This document shows, piece by piece, positions 1 to 8,898 of a stretch of DNA of 33,697 nucleotides (the stretch's first letter is position 1; each line of letters begins with the position of its first letter). Both the position numbers and the translations under genes were made by a program. Source of the DNA: Candidatus Bathyarchaeota archaeon (GTDB lineage: Archaea; Thermoproteota; Bathyarchaeia; Bathyarchaeales; Bathycorpusculaceae); assembly GCA_963811105.1 (NCBI GenBank), contig CAWEPZ010000015.1:1-33697 (forward strand), written 5' to 3'. The notes below the pieces were generated by a model that was given only the letters and a program-made list of their open reading frames with translations, was not told where the DNA came from and made no database searches.

Positions 1-152
1 TAGAAAGTGAAGGTGTAGAGGACGTTTATGATGTTTCCAGCTGTGAAAGCTACTCCGGCGCCTAAGATGTCATGGCAGAAAGCTACGTTTGCTATGGTGT
101 AGCTCATGTCGGTTTGATGTATTAATTAGATCAAAACAGTTTCATTGGCGGT
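1..152 (-). pseudogene. Remnant C-terminal fragment of a tail-associated protein, paralogous in style to 422..1165
   Basis: Minus frame reads TANETVLI*LIHQTDMSYTIANVAFCHDILGAGVAFTAGNIINVLYTFTF, echoing ITVTEVGLWL...FVVNTAVPLTIEWRLTFSFA of the upstream gene. Internal stop; runs to the window edge. Confidence 0.35.
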
Positions 153-421
153 TCTTGAAAAAAAGAAAGCGCATAACAAATGCGCCTATGTGTTTATAGC
201 GAATGTTCCAGCTAGAAGTTTTCCTAGTAGTGATAGCAGCTAAATTGGAGAGGGATAGAAGGAGTGCCCCCTTTCGCATTTGTGAGCGTCAGTGTGACTA
301 TGAGGTTTTATGCATGGGCGACCGCAGCGGCAAACGAGCAGGCATTTTTCAGCTTGGGTGTTTCTTATTACAAGTCCTTCCCGACGGTGTATTGAATCGT
401 TTAATGGCATGGTTAGTCATC

Positions 422-1165
422 CTATGCAAAGCTGAAGGTTAACCTCCACTCGATTGTCAAGGGTACAGCTGTGTTTACTACAAATGAACCGAAGTCTCCA
501 TCAGCAACTGACAGTCTGCTGAAGAACGAGGGATTCAAGTCTGTGCTGTTGCCAACGACTGCAGCCCAACCAAATGACTTCAAAGTGGCTGACCAATCAT
601 AGGTTGCAGTAGAGTAGTAATAGCATAGCCACAGACCTACCTCTGTGACCGTTATAGCGGTTAATACGCCACTGTTCCATGTTGCCAAATAACTGATTCG
701 GTAGCTTCCGGTGCTGGGGTTTGATGTATTACCCGACTGCGAAGACGGCAAAGTAGTATTTGCTACGGTTAGGTTGCTTGTGGTTGGTCCTGTTACGCCT
801 CCGCCAGTTCCAAGATAAATATGCCCGTATGAGGCAGAGGGTGCGCCGGTTAAGAAATTGCGAGTCCCAAGTCCTTGTACATAATTTTGTGAACATGCAA
901 GGAAATTAACGATTGGAATTAAGCCAGTGTTTACAATATGTCCTTTGCTTTTCATTATCAATCGAGCTGTTCCATCTTTGACTTGTTCTTTGGTGCCTTC
1001 ATAGAATAGGTATTCCTCGACAATTTCTATTTTGTCTCCAAAAGTGTTGCGTAGATGCAACAGGTTTTTGACGGCTTGTTTGATTTCACAAAGTTTTTCG
1101 GTCCATGCGTTTCGTTCTTTGATTGATATTTGCCTGCCAGGAAATGGAATTTTTATCGTAAAAAA
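422..1165 (-). CDS. Virion tail-associated (fibre/baseplate-type) protein
   Basis: ORF 422..1060; the frame is open upstream to 1165, directly after a GAGGTGA SD (1166-1172), but lacks a start codon there. Motifs IVNTGL, IYLGTG, ITVTEVGL and LTIEWRLTF are typical of tail-collar/baseplate-type proteins. Distal position in the operon. Confidence 0.55.
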   Translation of the reverse strand, partial: FFTIKIPFPGRQISIKERNAWTEKLCEIKQAVKNLLHLRNTFGDKIEIVEEYLFYEGTKEQVKDGTARLIMKSKGHIVNTGLIPIVNFLACSQNYVQGLGTRNFLTGAPSASYGHIYLGTGGGVTGPTTSNLTVANTTLPSSQSGNTSNPSTGSYRISYLATWNSGVLTAITVTEVGLWLCYYYSTATYDWSATLKSFGWAAVVGNSTDLNPSFFSRLSVADGDFGSFVVNTAVPLTIEWRLTFSFA

Positions 1166-1245
1166 TCACCTCTCATAATAGCGCTTACTGTGAATACTGG
1201 TTTCCTCTCTTTTGTCTTGGTTTGATTTGTGTTCATTCTATCACT

Positions 1246-2042
1246 CTACGTATAGTCGCAATGAGACTTGAAATAAACTCTAACAGTGTGGTCGTCTGTT
1301 CCATTGACTTTTGCAGGTACGGTGTAACTGCTGCCGTTTGCTCCCTGAACATCGGATCCGCCAACAACCCATTGGTAAATCATATAGCAAGTGTGAGTAA
1401 CGTGCCCTTGAGCGTCATAGTGATAATGATCGACAGGAGGAGTCCCTATGTTTTGTATGAACCCTTTTCCGGAACCTGAACTTACAGCTATGTAGCCAGG
1501 CACAGTACAGGAGGAATCAGCGGTTATAGCCCAACCAAGCAAAGGTCTTATTTTTAGAATGTGAAAGCCTACAGACGACAAAACTATTCTTTGGAAGGGA
1601 TTGTTAGGATTCGCCAATTCGTCGACTCCATCATACGTCCAGCCGACAATAACGTAACCCAGCGCCCTGTTTGGAAGAGCTGAAACAGTGTAGTCCCTTC
1701 CAATGTCTACATAGACGTTTTCTGTATCAACAACGCAAAATGCGCCCCCAATTGAGCCGCATATGGAAAAGCTAGCAAGACCCAGTGGCCTTCATTATCT
1801 ATCTGTGCGCTGTCAACTATGGAAAATCTGGAATCTGAACTTAGACCATCAGCCCACGAGGCGTCTTCGATAATATTGAATGGCGAATCTTTGCTTAGCG
1901 ACTGCAAAGAAAAGAGGCAATCGTCTTCTTTGTGGAAGGGGATTTCTTTGTATCCAAACTGCATGATGTAGCCGGTTTCAATGCCTCTGATACAGCGGTT
2001 GAAGCCACCGATTCCTTCTTGACCTCTAACAATGGCTACCAT
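1246..2042 (-). CDS. Virion minor tail protein with divergent InlB B-repeat-like domains (split by a -1 indel near 1748)
   Basis: ORFs 1707..2042 and 1246..1617 join through a G5 run (TTGGGGGC). The restored frame reads GGAFCVVDTENVYVDIGRDYTVSALPNRALGYVIVGWTYDGVDELANPN, a B-repeat-like Ig-type pattern. Confidence 0.5.
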
Positions 2043-2052
2043 GTTTTCAGCC

Positions 2053-2463
2053 TCAAGTATCGCAGTAGTTGATTTCTATGCAGTAGCAATTGTTGCTGTG
2101 AGTTACAGCGCCAAACGGGTTAGGGAAAGCGCCATATGTTAGTGCTCGTGTGTGGCCTTGGTCCTGTGTTCCAGGCGAGTAATATATGGCGCCAGAACCT
2201 GAGGCACTGTTGCACCAAATTACGAACAAGTAATCAGTGGATCCGGCCATCGTGAAGTCAACGTTGGTTAATTGAAAGACTACTCGTTGAGGAGAGGCGT
2301 TTGCAGCTACAGAAACTTGAACCGACTCAGCTGCAAGCGAGAGGTCACTGTGCTTGTAGACGGCTACTTTCATGTTTTTGGCTGATGTAGAGACGAGGAC
2401 ATAGGCTACAATGTTGAGGATTTTTTTGGGAGCTGGTGGTGAGGTGAAAACGCTTCCAACCAA
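2053..2463 (-). CDS. C-terminal beta-sandwich (putative receptor-binding) domain, probably the last part of the tail-tip protein
   Basis: Same frame as 2533..3990, separated by a single TGA (2533-2535). The intervening frame is open (DQFPSNRFGNSGTSANNSSCINTL). Beta-rich pattern GSVFTSP...MKVAVY...YLFVIW. Confidence 0.5.
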   Translation of the reverse strand: MVGSVFTSPPAPKKILNIVAYVLVSTSAKNMKVAVYKHSDLSLAAESVQVSVAANASPQRVVFQLTNVDFTMAGSTDYLFVIWCNSASGSGAIYYSPGTQDQGHTRALTYGAFPNPFGAVTHSNNCYCIEINYCDT

Positions 2464-2532
2464 GGTATTTATGCAGCTTGAATTGTTTGCGCTTGTACCA
2501 CTGTTCCCAAATCTATTGGACGGGAATTGGTC

Positions 2533-4588
2533 TCAAACGCTTCCGTTCTTGTTAGATTCGTCGTCTTCGCAAATTGATTGCTCTGTCCACTTGGCATCAT
2601 CCACTCGATGAGGCAAATTTTCCAACAGAAGGGAGTCTGCTAAATGGAACTTTTCTTCAACATTTATTTCGCCATCATTGATATTGATGACTTCTCCCCT
2701 TAATTCAGAACCGATTTGCAGAAAAACGGCAGTTAATGTGTGGTAGCTTAGTTCATCTTGTGGGTCGATAACGATGGGGTTAAGAGAGCCATAAACTTTT
2801 GAGCCGTCAAAAAACCAGTAATCAAACGCCCAGTTTCTAATGTTTAAGGGTGTTGCTGTTACCTCAAGTGTTGCACCGGTCTCAACCTGCGTGTAGCCTG
2901 TCGGTGAAGTCGTACCTCCAAGAGGAGTAACTATCGTGCAGTACCAACCACTTGAGGCTGAGCCGCCGCCACCACTAGTGCCTACAACTCGAAACAGGGG
3001 AAAAAAGTATAGCTCAAGCACCTCCTGATCCACAAGCGCCCGTGACCAAAGCATAACCTCAGCTAAAACACCCTTCAAGAAGACGCCCAGATAAACGATG
3101 TTTGCAGATGAATCAGGATTCCCTGTTTGATTCCACTGCTTGTGCAAGTATCCATTAACGTACATTTTCACGGTAGCGCCATCATAAGTGACCATACTAA
3201 ACAAGCGTGCACCAACAGTTGCCACCCCAGCATCAGAATTAAAATAATGAACCAGACCAGCTATAGTAACGGAAGCAGTAACTACTCCAGTGTTTGAGTG
3301 ATAATGCAAACCAAATTGCCCACTTTTCTGACAAACATTTCTTTCCGTTGAGTCAGCAGCTGAAGGACTAAACCAACCGCCAAAACTTAATTTTCCCGTA
3401 AAATTTATTCCTGCTTTGCTCGCATCACCCAAACTAACCATAGAACTTGACCCATTGAACGTAAGCATCTTTGTAATGGGACCGTCTTCCCAACTACCCG
3501 CGGTGATCCCGCCGTCTATGGGTGAGTCAACAGGTGCTTTATTCTTTGCATCTGTACCTGTGCCTTCATTTAAGTGGAATAAACCAATAAGACCCTGAAG
3601 ATTCAAACTCCAACTTGTTGACCCAGGCAAATAGATGCCTTGGTCTTCCCAACTGCGCAGATCCTCAATTGTACGATCAAGACTTTTACGAAATTTATCC
3701 AGCTGAAGTTTAACTTGAGTTCGCATCTTATTCAATTGCTTTATTCGGTAAGTACCATTGAGCAAATATTGATCATTTACAACTGAGACAGAGTCGCCAG
3801 GAGCGAAAGCTTTGCCAATAGTGATTAAAACAGAAACAGGAGCACCTGAACTATCAGTGTTAAGCTCAGCTAATTTCTTAGCAGCCATGCCATTTAGGGT
3901 TGCTTCATCGGTTACCTGAGTTATTGCTGAAGGTTTTGACTTTGGTTCCAGAACCAGCAACCCCCAAAATATGATGCCCCCAACAGTCAAGACCGCGAAT
4001 TATAACTTTGGTTCTTTGCTTTGAGCGGTCTAAACCTCGGTTACTAACAGATATTGCGCTGGGAGTCCAAACTACCCCATCGCCCTTAGTTGAGAGATTA
4101 ATCGATGTTCCACTTGTGGAGTAAAGGTCAAGGTTTAATGCATCAGCCAAAAACTTGAAGCAATCCAAACGATTCGCATTATAGAAGACAACGCTAACCG
4201 GTGTTGAAGGGCAAGAACCAAGTGTGATTCCTATTGTAGCCACTAAGTCAGCGGCTATTGTTGAGGCGGCTTTTTGGTCATAAACTCCACTTACAGGCTC
4301 CGCTTCATCTAAAGTGAGCATGACTGTATCATAGATTACAGCTTTAATCCTTGTTCTACCAAGATCACCCCCACTAAGGGTGCCACTGAAAACAAGCGTA
4401 TCATCAAACCAAACAGCAACCAACAAATCCTGCTGAATCAAAGCACGGTTCTCAGAAGTATTTGCAAGGTAGAACGTTGCGTAGCAGTCACCGTCGAGCT
4501 CCTCGTTGGTTTGATCCCAGACAGCATCAAACTCTATGAAAGCAGAGGTTCCTTCATCCCAATACTCCACGATCCACTTCTTGGTCAT
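2533..4588 (-). CDS. Baseplate hub / tail-tip protein fused to LamG (ConA-like) and InlB B-repeat-like domains (split by a +1 indel near 3915)
   Basis: ORF 3905..4588 is hub-like (LVFSGTL, CFKFLADAL, TKVIIRG). Removing one G in TCAGGTAACC joins it to 2533..3990. LamG signature GLFHLNEGTG...LTFNG...VTYDGATVKMYVNG...EVMLWSRAL; B-repeat GGTTSP...VTATP...FDYW. Follows Dit and tape measure. Confidence 0.75.
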
Positions 4589-4596
4589 GGCACCAC

Positions 4597-4965
4597 CTAC
4601 AAAGTAACTAAGGTGCTAACTTTGGTAAGCACCATCGTGTAATCGTAAATAAGCGCAGCTGAGGTCCGTTTGGGCTCAAACTTTCGAAGATACCAGGAGC
4701 CATCGATACTCCCGTTTCCGGAGACCACTGTTATTGTGGTCCCAATTTGTCCGATCATAGGCGTTAAATAGGTACTCCAGAGTTCAGTGTCAGTCTTTGC
4801 GCTATTTCCGATTGAGCCCGTTAACTGAACAGAAGTTTCAAAGCCATCCACCAGAACGATCGGGTCAACATCTGACTGTTGAATCTTGTCTTCATTTGGC
4901 GTCTTAATATACGCAATCTGCAAAGGCCCAAAAGGAAAAGTGACCGTTCCAAACGACCAGGTCAA
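4597..4965 (-). CDS. Distal tail (Dit-like) protein
   Basis: 122-aa beta-rich ORF overlapping the tape-measure stop (ATGA). Canonical position between TMP and hub; ends YDYTMVL. Confidence 0.55.
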   Translation of the reverse strand: MTWSFGTVTFPFGPLQIAYIKTPNEDKIQQSDVDPIVLVDGFETSVQLTGSIGNSAKTDTELWSTYLTPMIGQIGTTITVVSGNGSIDGSWYLRKFEPKRTSAALIYDYTMVLTKVSTLVTL

Positions 4966-6302
4966 AGGCTAGATCTCCTGTGTGCAAGTTTTTCGTTCAA
5001 AGATTCAATGGTATGTTGACTGGCAAGGTCATAGTCGGCTTCAGTCTGGATGTTGTTGGTTACATAGACGTTGATTATGTCGGGTACCCTTTCAGATTCG
5101 AAAGTTTGCCCGGATGAACTCGAGCGTTGAGCTTCATACTGAGCCAGCGGCATGACGATTTCGGGACCAGCTTCGCCAACAACCGCGAAAGTGGGTTTAT
5201 TGACAACTCCACCCGTTGCCATCCCGATAGCGTTTCCATATCCTTGTAAGTTTGCAACCATAGCGCCGATCGCAACACCTGAAGCAACCAAGGCAACCGT
5301 TGCAACGCCTAATGTTAGGCCTTCCTGGAGAGCCCAAACCGCTGCGGCAGCGGCAATTATGCCAGGCACAATAACCATTAAGGCACGGCCAGCCGGACCC
5401 AAAGCATCCCCAAACTGAGTAATCGCCTCATATCCAACAACAAACCCCCCGACAAAAGAGGCAACCGAAACCGACGCAACCAGCGCCTTATTGCCAACCA
5501 TAGAAACGTTAGTGCCAAGAGTTGTTAGAACCCCGGACATATCTGGGAAATTCTTCCAGGCTCGGCTCAAACTGTCGACCATCGTAATTGACGTCGGGAT
5601 TATCTGCAGAGCAGCCGACATGATTGATTTATTGACGTTCTCCTGAGCTTGTTGAGAGCGTTCATTTGCCAAAGTTAGCCGATCCTCAGCGATACTTAGC
5701 GCATCTTCAGCGGATTTTGCTTCTTGGCTGTTTATGCCATGCTTGGCGATTGCGTCTGAGACTGCTCGATGAGCATCCTCAACCGCTTTGGTTGAGGATT
5801 TCACCATTAAGTTTGAGCGATCAAGGCTTATCTCGGATTCATTCACCCGATCGTAGGCACCATACAAACTGAAACTGGCCGTAGCGACCCCTGAGATCCC
5901 GGTAGTGAAGGACCGCATAGAAACTTCACTTTGCTTAGTAGTCTCCCCAACTTGAGCTTGAAGAGTAGTAACGTTTGCTTGAGCAGCGTTCAGGTCCCGG
6001 AGAGCGGCAGCCGCTTGAGTACTATCGGCGCCATACTCCATTATGGCAGCATTAAGATTTTTCTGAGCATCCCGTAATCCAACTTGAGCCGAATTAAGCT
6101 GGACCGCAGTGGCTGCATTGTTCATCTGCGCTTGTTCAGAAGCTGACAGAGGCGGCAAGGACCCCTCGACAGCAGCTGACAATTCCTTCTGAGAATCTGT
6201 CACCTGCTGACAACTATCACTAATTCTCTTTGAAGCGGCAGCTATAACATCGCTTGCCTCATCCACAGCAGTTAAGCCTATTTCGATTTCTTGCCGAGCC
6301 AT
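4962..6302 (-). CDS. Tail tape measure protein (short, 446 aa)
   Basis: N-terminal IGLTAVDEAS motif, Ala/Gln-rich coiled coil, hydrophobic segments and the C-terminal ATGGVV..PT..VGEAGPEIVMPL motif typical of TMPs. Directly follows the tail chaperones. Confidence 0.88.
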   Translation of the reverse strand: MARQEIEIGLTAVDEASDVIAAASKRISDSCQQVTDSQKELSAAVEGSLPPLSASEQAQMNNAATAVQLNSAQVGLRDAQKNLNAAIMEYGADSTQAAAALRDLNAAQANVTTLQAQVGETTKQSEVSMRSFTTGISGVATASFSLYGAYDRVNESEISLDRSNLMVKSSTKAVEDAHRAVSDAIAKHGINSQEAKSAEDALSIAEDRLTLANERSQQAQENVNKSIMSAALQIIPTSITMVDSLSRAWKNFPDMSGVLTTLGTNVSMVGNKALVASVSVASFVGGFVVGYEAITQFGDALGPAGRALMVIVPGIIAAAAAVWALQEGLTLGVATVALVASGVAIGAMVANLQGYGNAIGMATGGVVNKPTFAVVGEAGPEIVMPLAQYEAQRSSSSGQTFESERVPDIINVYVTNNIQTEADYDLASQHTIESLNEKLAHRRSSL

Positions 6303-6307
6303 TTTTC

Positions 6308-6475
6308 TTACTTCCTTTGGTGTACCTTAGCCCAAGCTACCAGGTACTCGTATTGGAACAGCGTCAAACTTCGAATTGTTTCAAAGTTGTACTGTTGGAA
6401 ATTATGAAGCACCAACCCTAACTCGTCGGCGCTTGGGTTTGATTGGATCCATTGGATGATTTTTCCCCTAAAAAA
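6308..6475 (-). CDS. Tail assembly chaperone gpT-like extension, expressed by -1 frameshift (not in ORF track)
   Basis: The -1 frame from the slippery site reads RGKIIQWIQSNPSADELGLVLHNFQQYNFETIRSLTLFQYEYLVAWAKVHQRK* and stops 5 nt before the TMP ATG. Confidence 0.75.
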   Translation of the reverse strand, partial: FFRGKIIQWIQSNPSADELGLVLHNFQQYNFETIRSLTLFQYEYLVAWAKVHQRK

Positions 6476-6892
6476 CAGGGTTGCGAAAGAAAGAACTGCA
6501 ATAGTGATGTCCCCTCAACCATCGGAAAAGCACGGTAGAAATCCCCTATAGTCTCGGGCGTGTAATCTGGCATTTCTGGATAAGCCTTTTTCAGCATCAA
6601 GGTAAACAGCCATCGCACTTCGATCATCCTTGGTCTTGCATTTGCTAACAATCTCAGAATCCGATAGCATCAGCTCGCCAAATCTGATGATGCCAAGTTG
6701 TGGATGCCTTACCTGGTGAACCTCGTTTGCTCGAGCCATCAAAGCCACCGGATCAAAAAACTTCGCTAGATCAGCTTTCTTTTTCTCGTGACTCTCAGCC
6801 ATCGCTTTAAACTTCTGGTGAGCCGCGACGTTCTTGGGATCCTTTAGAAGTTCCCGAATGCTTTTCGCAGGTTGCTTAGGTGCCAAACTCAA
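6418..6892 (-). CDS. Tail assembly chaperone gpG-like (split by a +1 indel near 6600)
   Basis: ORFs 6515..6892 and 6418..6651 join by removing one base in TACCTTGATG (AMAVY-LMLKKAYPE), giving about 157 aa. Lies between tail tube and TMP. Confidence 0.7.
6469..6475 (-). promoter_or_regulatory. Programmed -1 ribosomal frameshift site T_TTT_TTA
   Basis: TGT TTT TTA GGG is in frame near the end of the chaperone gene. X_XXY_YYZ heptamer at the conserved lambda G/GT location between tail tube and TMP. Confidence 0.8.
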
Positions 6893-6898
6893 ATCCCC

Positions 6899-7306
6899 CT
6901 ACTGTGGACTTGGGAAGGTTACGTTTTCAGCTTCGCCGCTAATATTTTCAAGGACTCCATCAGATTCGCCAGCCTTGGCTTCACGATTGGTAACAGAACA
7001 ATTCACCCAAGTCTCAATAGTGTCGCCTGAATCATCGCCTTCGGGAGCAAAAACCAAATCAAACTTTGTGCCCGCTAAAAGCAGTTTTATCCAATCTGGA
7101 CCAGTGAACAAGCGTTCCATAGACCATGCAAAAGACTGTGCCCCAGGACTAGTGATAACAGGCTGGAGTGAATCCATGCTTCGAACTTTGATAATTTCCG
7201 CAGTTGCTTTAGTGCTTATGCTTTTGCCATATCCAATCTCGGCATTGTCCTTGAATATTCGTGCATCTCTTCCCAAAACCGGCTCAACCGGTGGTGGTGT
7301 ACTCAT
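6899..7306 (-). CDS. Major tail tube protein
   Basis: Probable start ATG 7306 after GGAGG. Beta-rich 135 aa (GRDARIF..IGY..SIS...G..SFAWSMERL...NCSV...ENISGEA), a tail-tube pattern. Follows the tail terminator. Confidence 0.75.
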   Translation of the reverse strand: MSTPPPVEPVLGRDARIFKDNAEIGYGKSISTKATAEIIKVRSMDSLQPVITSPGAQSFAWSMERLFTGPDWIKLLLAGTKFDLVFAPEGDDSGDTIETWVNCSVTNREAKAGESDGVLENISGEAENVTFPSPQ

Positions 7307-7369
7307 TTTTTCTTCATTTCCTCCATTTTGTATTTTGTAACTTGCCAAAGGGCAAGGTTACCAGTAAAC

Positions 7370-7879
7370 TCAAAGGGCAAACCAAAGCATTGCCTGAAAA
7401 CGTACAATTCCTCCAAACAGGACCTTATCTTTCTCGAACTTGATTTCTCCAGGAGCAAACCCCACAGGGTAGCAATCCTTCACTTTCTTTCCCAAAGTGC
7501 GATCAGCCAAAATTGCGTCGACCACATCGCCCATGGGCTTGATGATTTCTTCAAACCAATCTTTGGGCTCATATTCCCGGATAACGAGAATAACGCTGAA
7601 GAATACTGAGACGTTAAGCGCCTTACCCATAGACAAGGGATTGATCGGAGATGGCTCAGCGCTTATGATGGCTTTTGGTAGGTTGCCATAAGAGTACTGC
7701 TCGCCAACAAGGACCGTTTTAATCGAAGCAACACCCCTTGCAGGTACTCCAGGAACAGCTGGAACCGCCGGGACATCGTCATGAGCAGGAACTGCCGGGA
7801 TCTCGGGAACACCTGGAATATAAGCTAGAATACCCTTAACGGCGTCAAAGACGGCTTTATAATCGGTATAGAACCCCAT
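7370..7879 (-). CDS. Tail terminator / tail completion protein with a Pro-rich insertion
   Basis: Position between neck and tube genes. LPKAII...VVDAILADRTLG motif typical of terminators. (x-V/I-P)n insert near the N-terminus. Confidence 0.65.
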   Translation of the reverse strand: MGFYTDYKAVFDAVKGILAYIPGVPEIPAVPAHDDVPAVPAVPGVPARGVASIKTVLVGEQYSYGNLPKAIISAEPSPINPLSMGKALNVSVFFSVILVIREYEPKDWFEEIIKPMGDVVDAILADRTLGKKVKDCYPVGFAPGEIKFEKDKVLFGGIVRFQAMLWFAL

Positions 7880-7881
7880 TT

Positions 7882-8313
7882 TTAGCCCCCCACCAAATCA
7901 AGCCACAACTCTGCAAAAGTAACGTCAACTTTGCTTCGTGCCAAATCAGCTGCTCTTCGCAAAAACGGATTAGCCTTCGTGCCTGGATGATGCACGATCG
8001 GCGTGAAGACCATTTTCCCAGCAACCATAAACGCCAAAACTTTCCCGTTTGCCGGGCGGATTTCATGTGGAGCTGTCCCTAATTCCACGTCTACGGCGTA
8101 TGAAGCCGCAGCGCCAACCTTCCCCTCATTTGGAGTAACTTCTTTGTAAATAGTACTTGCTAAATACCCCGTTAGAACTGGGGCTCCCCAAAACGCCGCA
8201 ACAAAAGCAATATCGGTCACTCGCTCAATCAATTTTTGTCTGAGTGGTCCGCTGAGTCTTTGGGCTAATTCGTCAAGTTCCACGCCGCTTGAGGTGACGC
8301 TAAACTCGATCAC
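7882..8313 (-). CDS. HK97 gp10-like neck/tail-component protein
   Basis: APVLTGYLASTI, YAVDVELGT.PH.IRP and HPGTKANPFLRRA motifs diagnostic of the HK97-gp10-like family. Confidence 0.85.
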   Translation of the reverse strand: MIEFSVTSSGVELDELAQRLSGPLRQKLIERVTDIAFVAAFWGAPVLTGYLASTIYKEVTPNEGKVGAAASYAVDVELGTAPHEIRPANGKVLAFMVAGKMVFTPIVHHPGTKANPFLRRAADLARSKVDVTFAELWLDLVGG

Positions 8314-8626
8314 TTAGGCACTCCCCACATAATCGATTGATTCAGCAGCAACGTAGGCATCTAAGAACCTGTTAGCCTCTACCCAGAACGCCTCGGCACC
8401 GACAGGGTCACTAAAACGCCTAAACATCCAGGCGGCAAAATACTTAGATGCATCAACAATAAGCTGAGGCACAACTGCAGGAACAGTCAACTTCTTAGGC
8501 TTCAATAACCCATCAACTAAAGCACTACCACTGGTGACACAAGCTGCCAGCTGAGAATCGAACTTAGTCTCCGCTAAGTCAATCTGAAGAGGATCTTTCA
8601 CATCAATCACTCTCACAGTAGTCCAT
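8314..8626 (-). CDS. Head-tail adaptor (gp6/gp15-like; +1 indel near 8612)
   Basis: ATG at 8626 gives MDYCE, which joins VIDVKDPLQI after removing one base. This matches the typical M.YC..DVK start. Also S..VD..L and VP..IVDASKYFAAW motifs. Confidence 0.75.
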
Positions 8627-8639
8627 TTTTATTCCTGCC

Positions 8640-8680
8640 TGGCGTCTCGCATGACTCCACAAGTGAGCCATGTCGAGCCA
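8640..8680 (-). promoter_or_regulatory. Intergenic stem-loop between holin-like and adaptor genes
   Basis: On the minus strand CATGGCTC pairs with GAGTCATG, extended by CTCG/CGAG and TGG/CCA. Confidence 0.45.
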
Positions 8681-8689
8681 AAAAGGAAA

Positions 8690-8896
8690 TTATTGAGCTT
8701 TTGCAGCTACTGATTTTTTGAACAGATAATTATCGATCGCTGAAGCAACCGCTTTAAGCGCTCCACCAACCGCCAGAGCTTCAACAGCAAACAAAGGATT
8801 ACCTGCAGTCGCACCATAGAAAGCAACGCCAGTTCCGATAATCAAACAGCCATTTCCCACATCAGCAGCATCAATTGTTACATTTCCAAATTTCAT
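8690..8896 (-). CDS. Small two-helix membrane protein, holin-like
   Basis: 68 aa with two hydrophobic stretches and a basic C-terminal tail (FKKSVAAKAQ), inside the morphogenesis operon. Confidence 0.45.
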   Translation of the reverse strand: MKFGNVTIDAADVGNGCLIIGTGVAFYGATAGNPLFAVEALAVGGALKAVASAIDNYLFKKSVAAKAQ

Positions 8897-8898
8897 TT

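Noticed and set aside
6590-6610. Overlap of ORFs 6515..6892 and 6418..6651 as the programmed G/GT frameshift
   Set aside because: It requires a +1 shift with no slippery heptamer; the real -1 site is at 6469-6475.
422-8313. Contractile injection system or tailocin
   Set aside because: No sheath or baseplate wedge genes recognised, and head genes are present.
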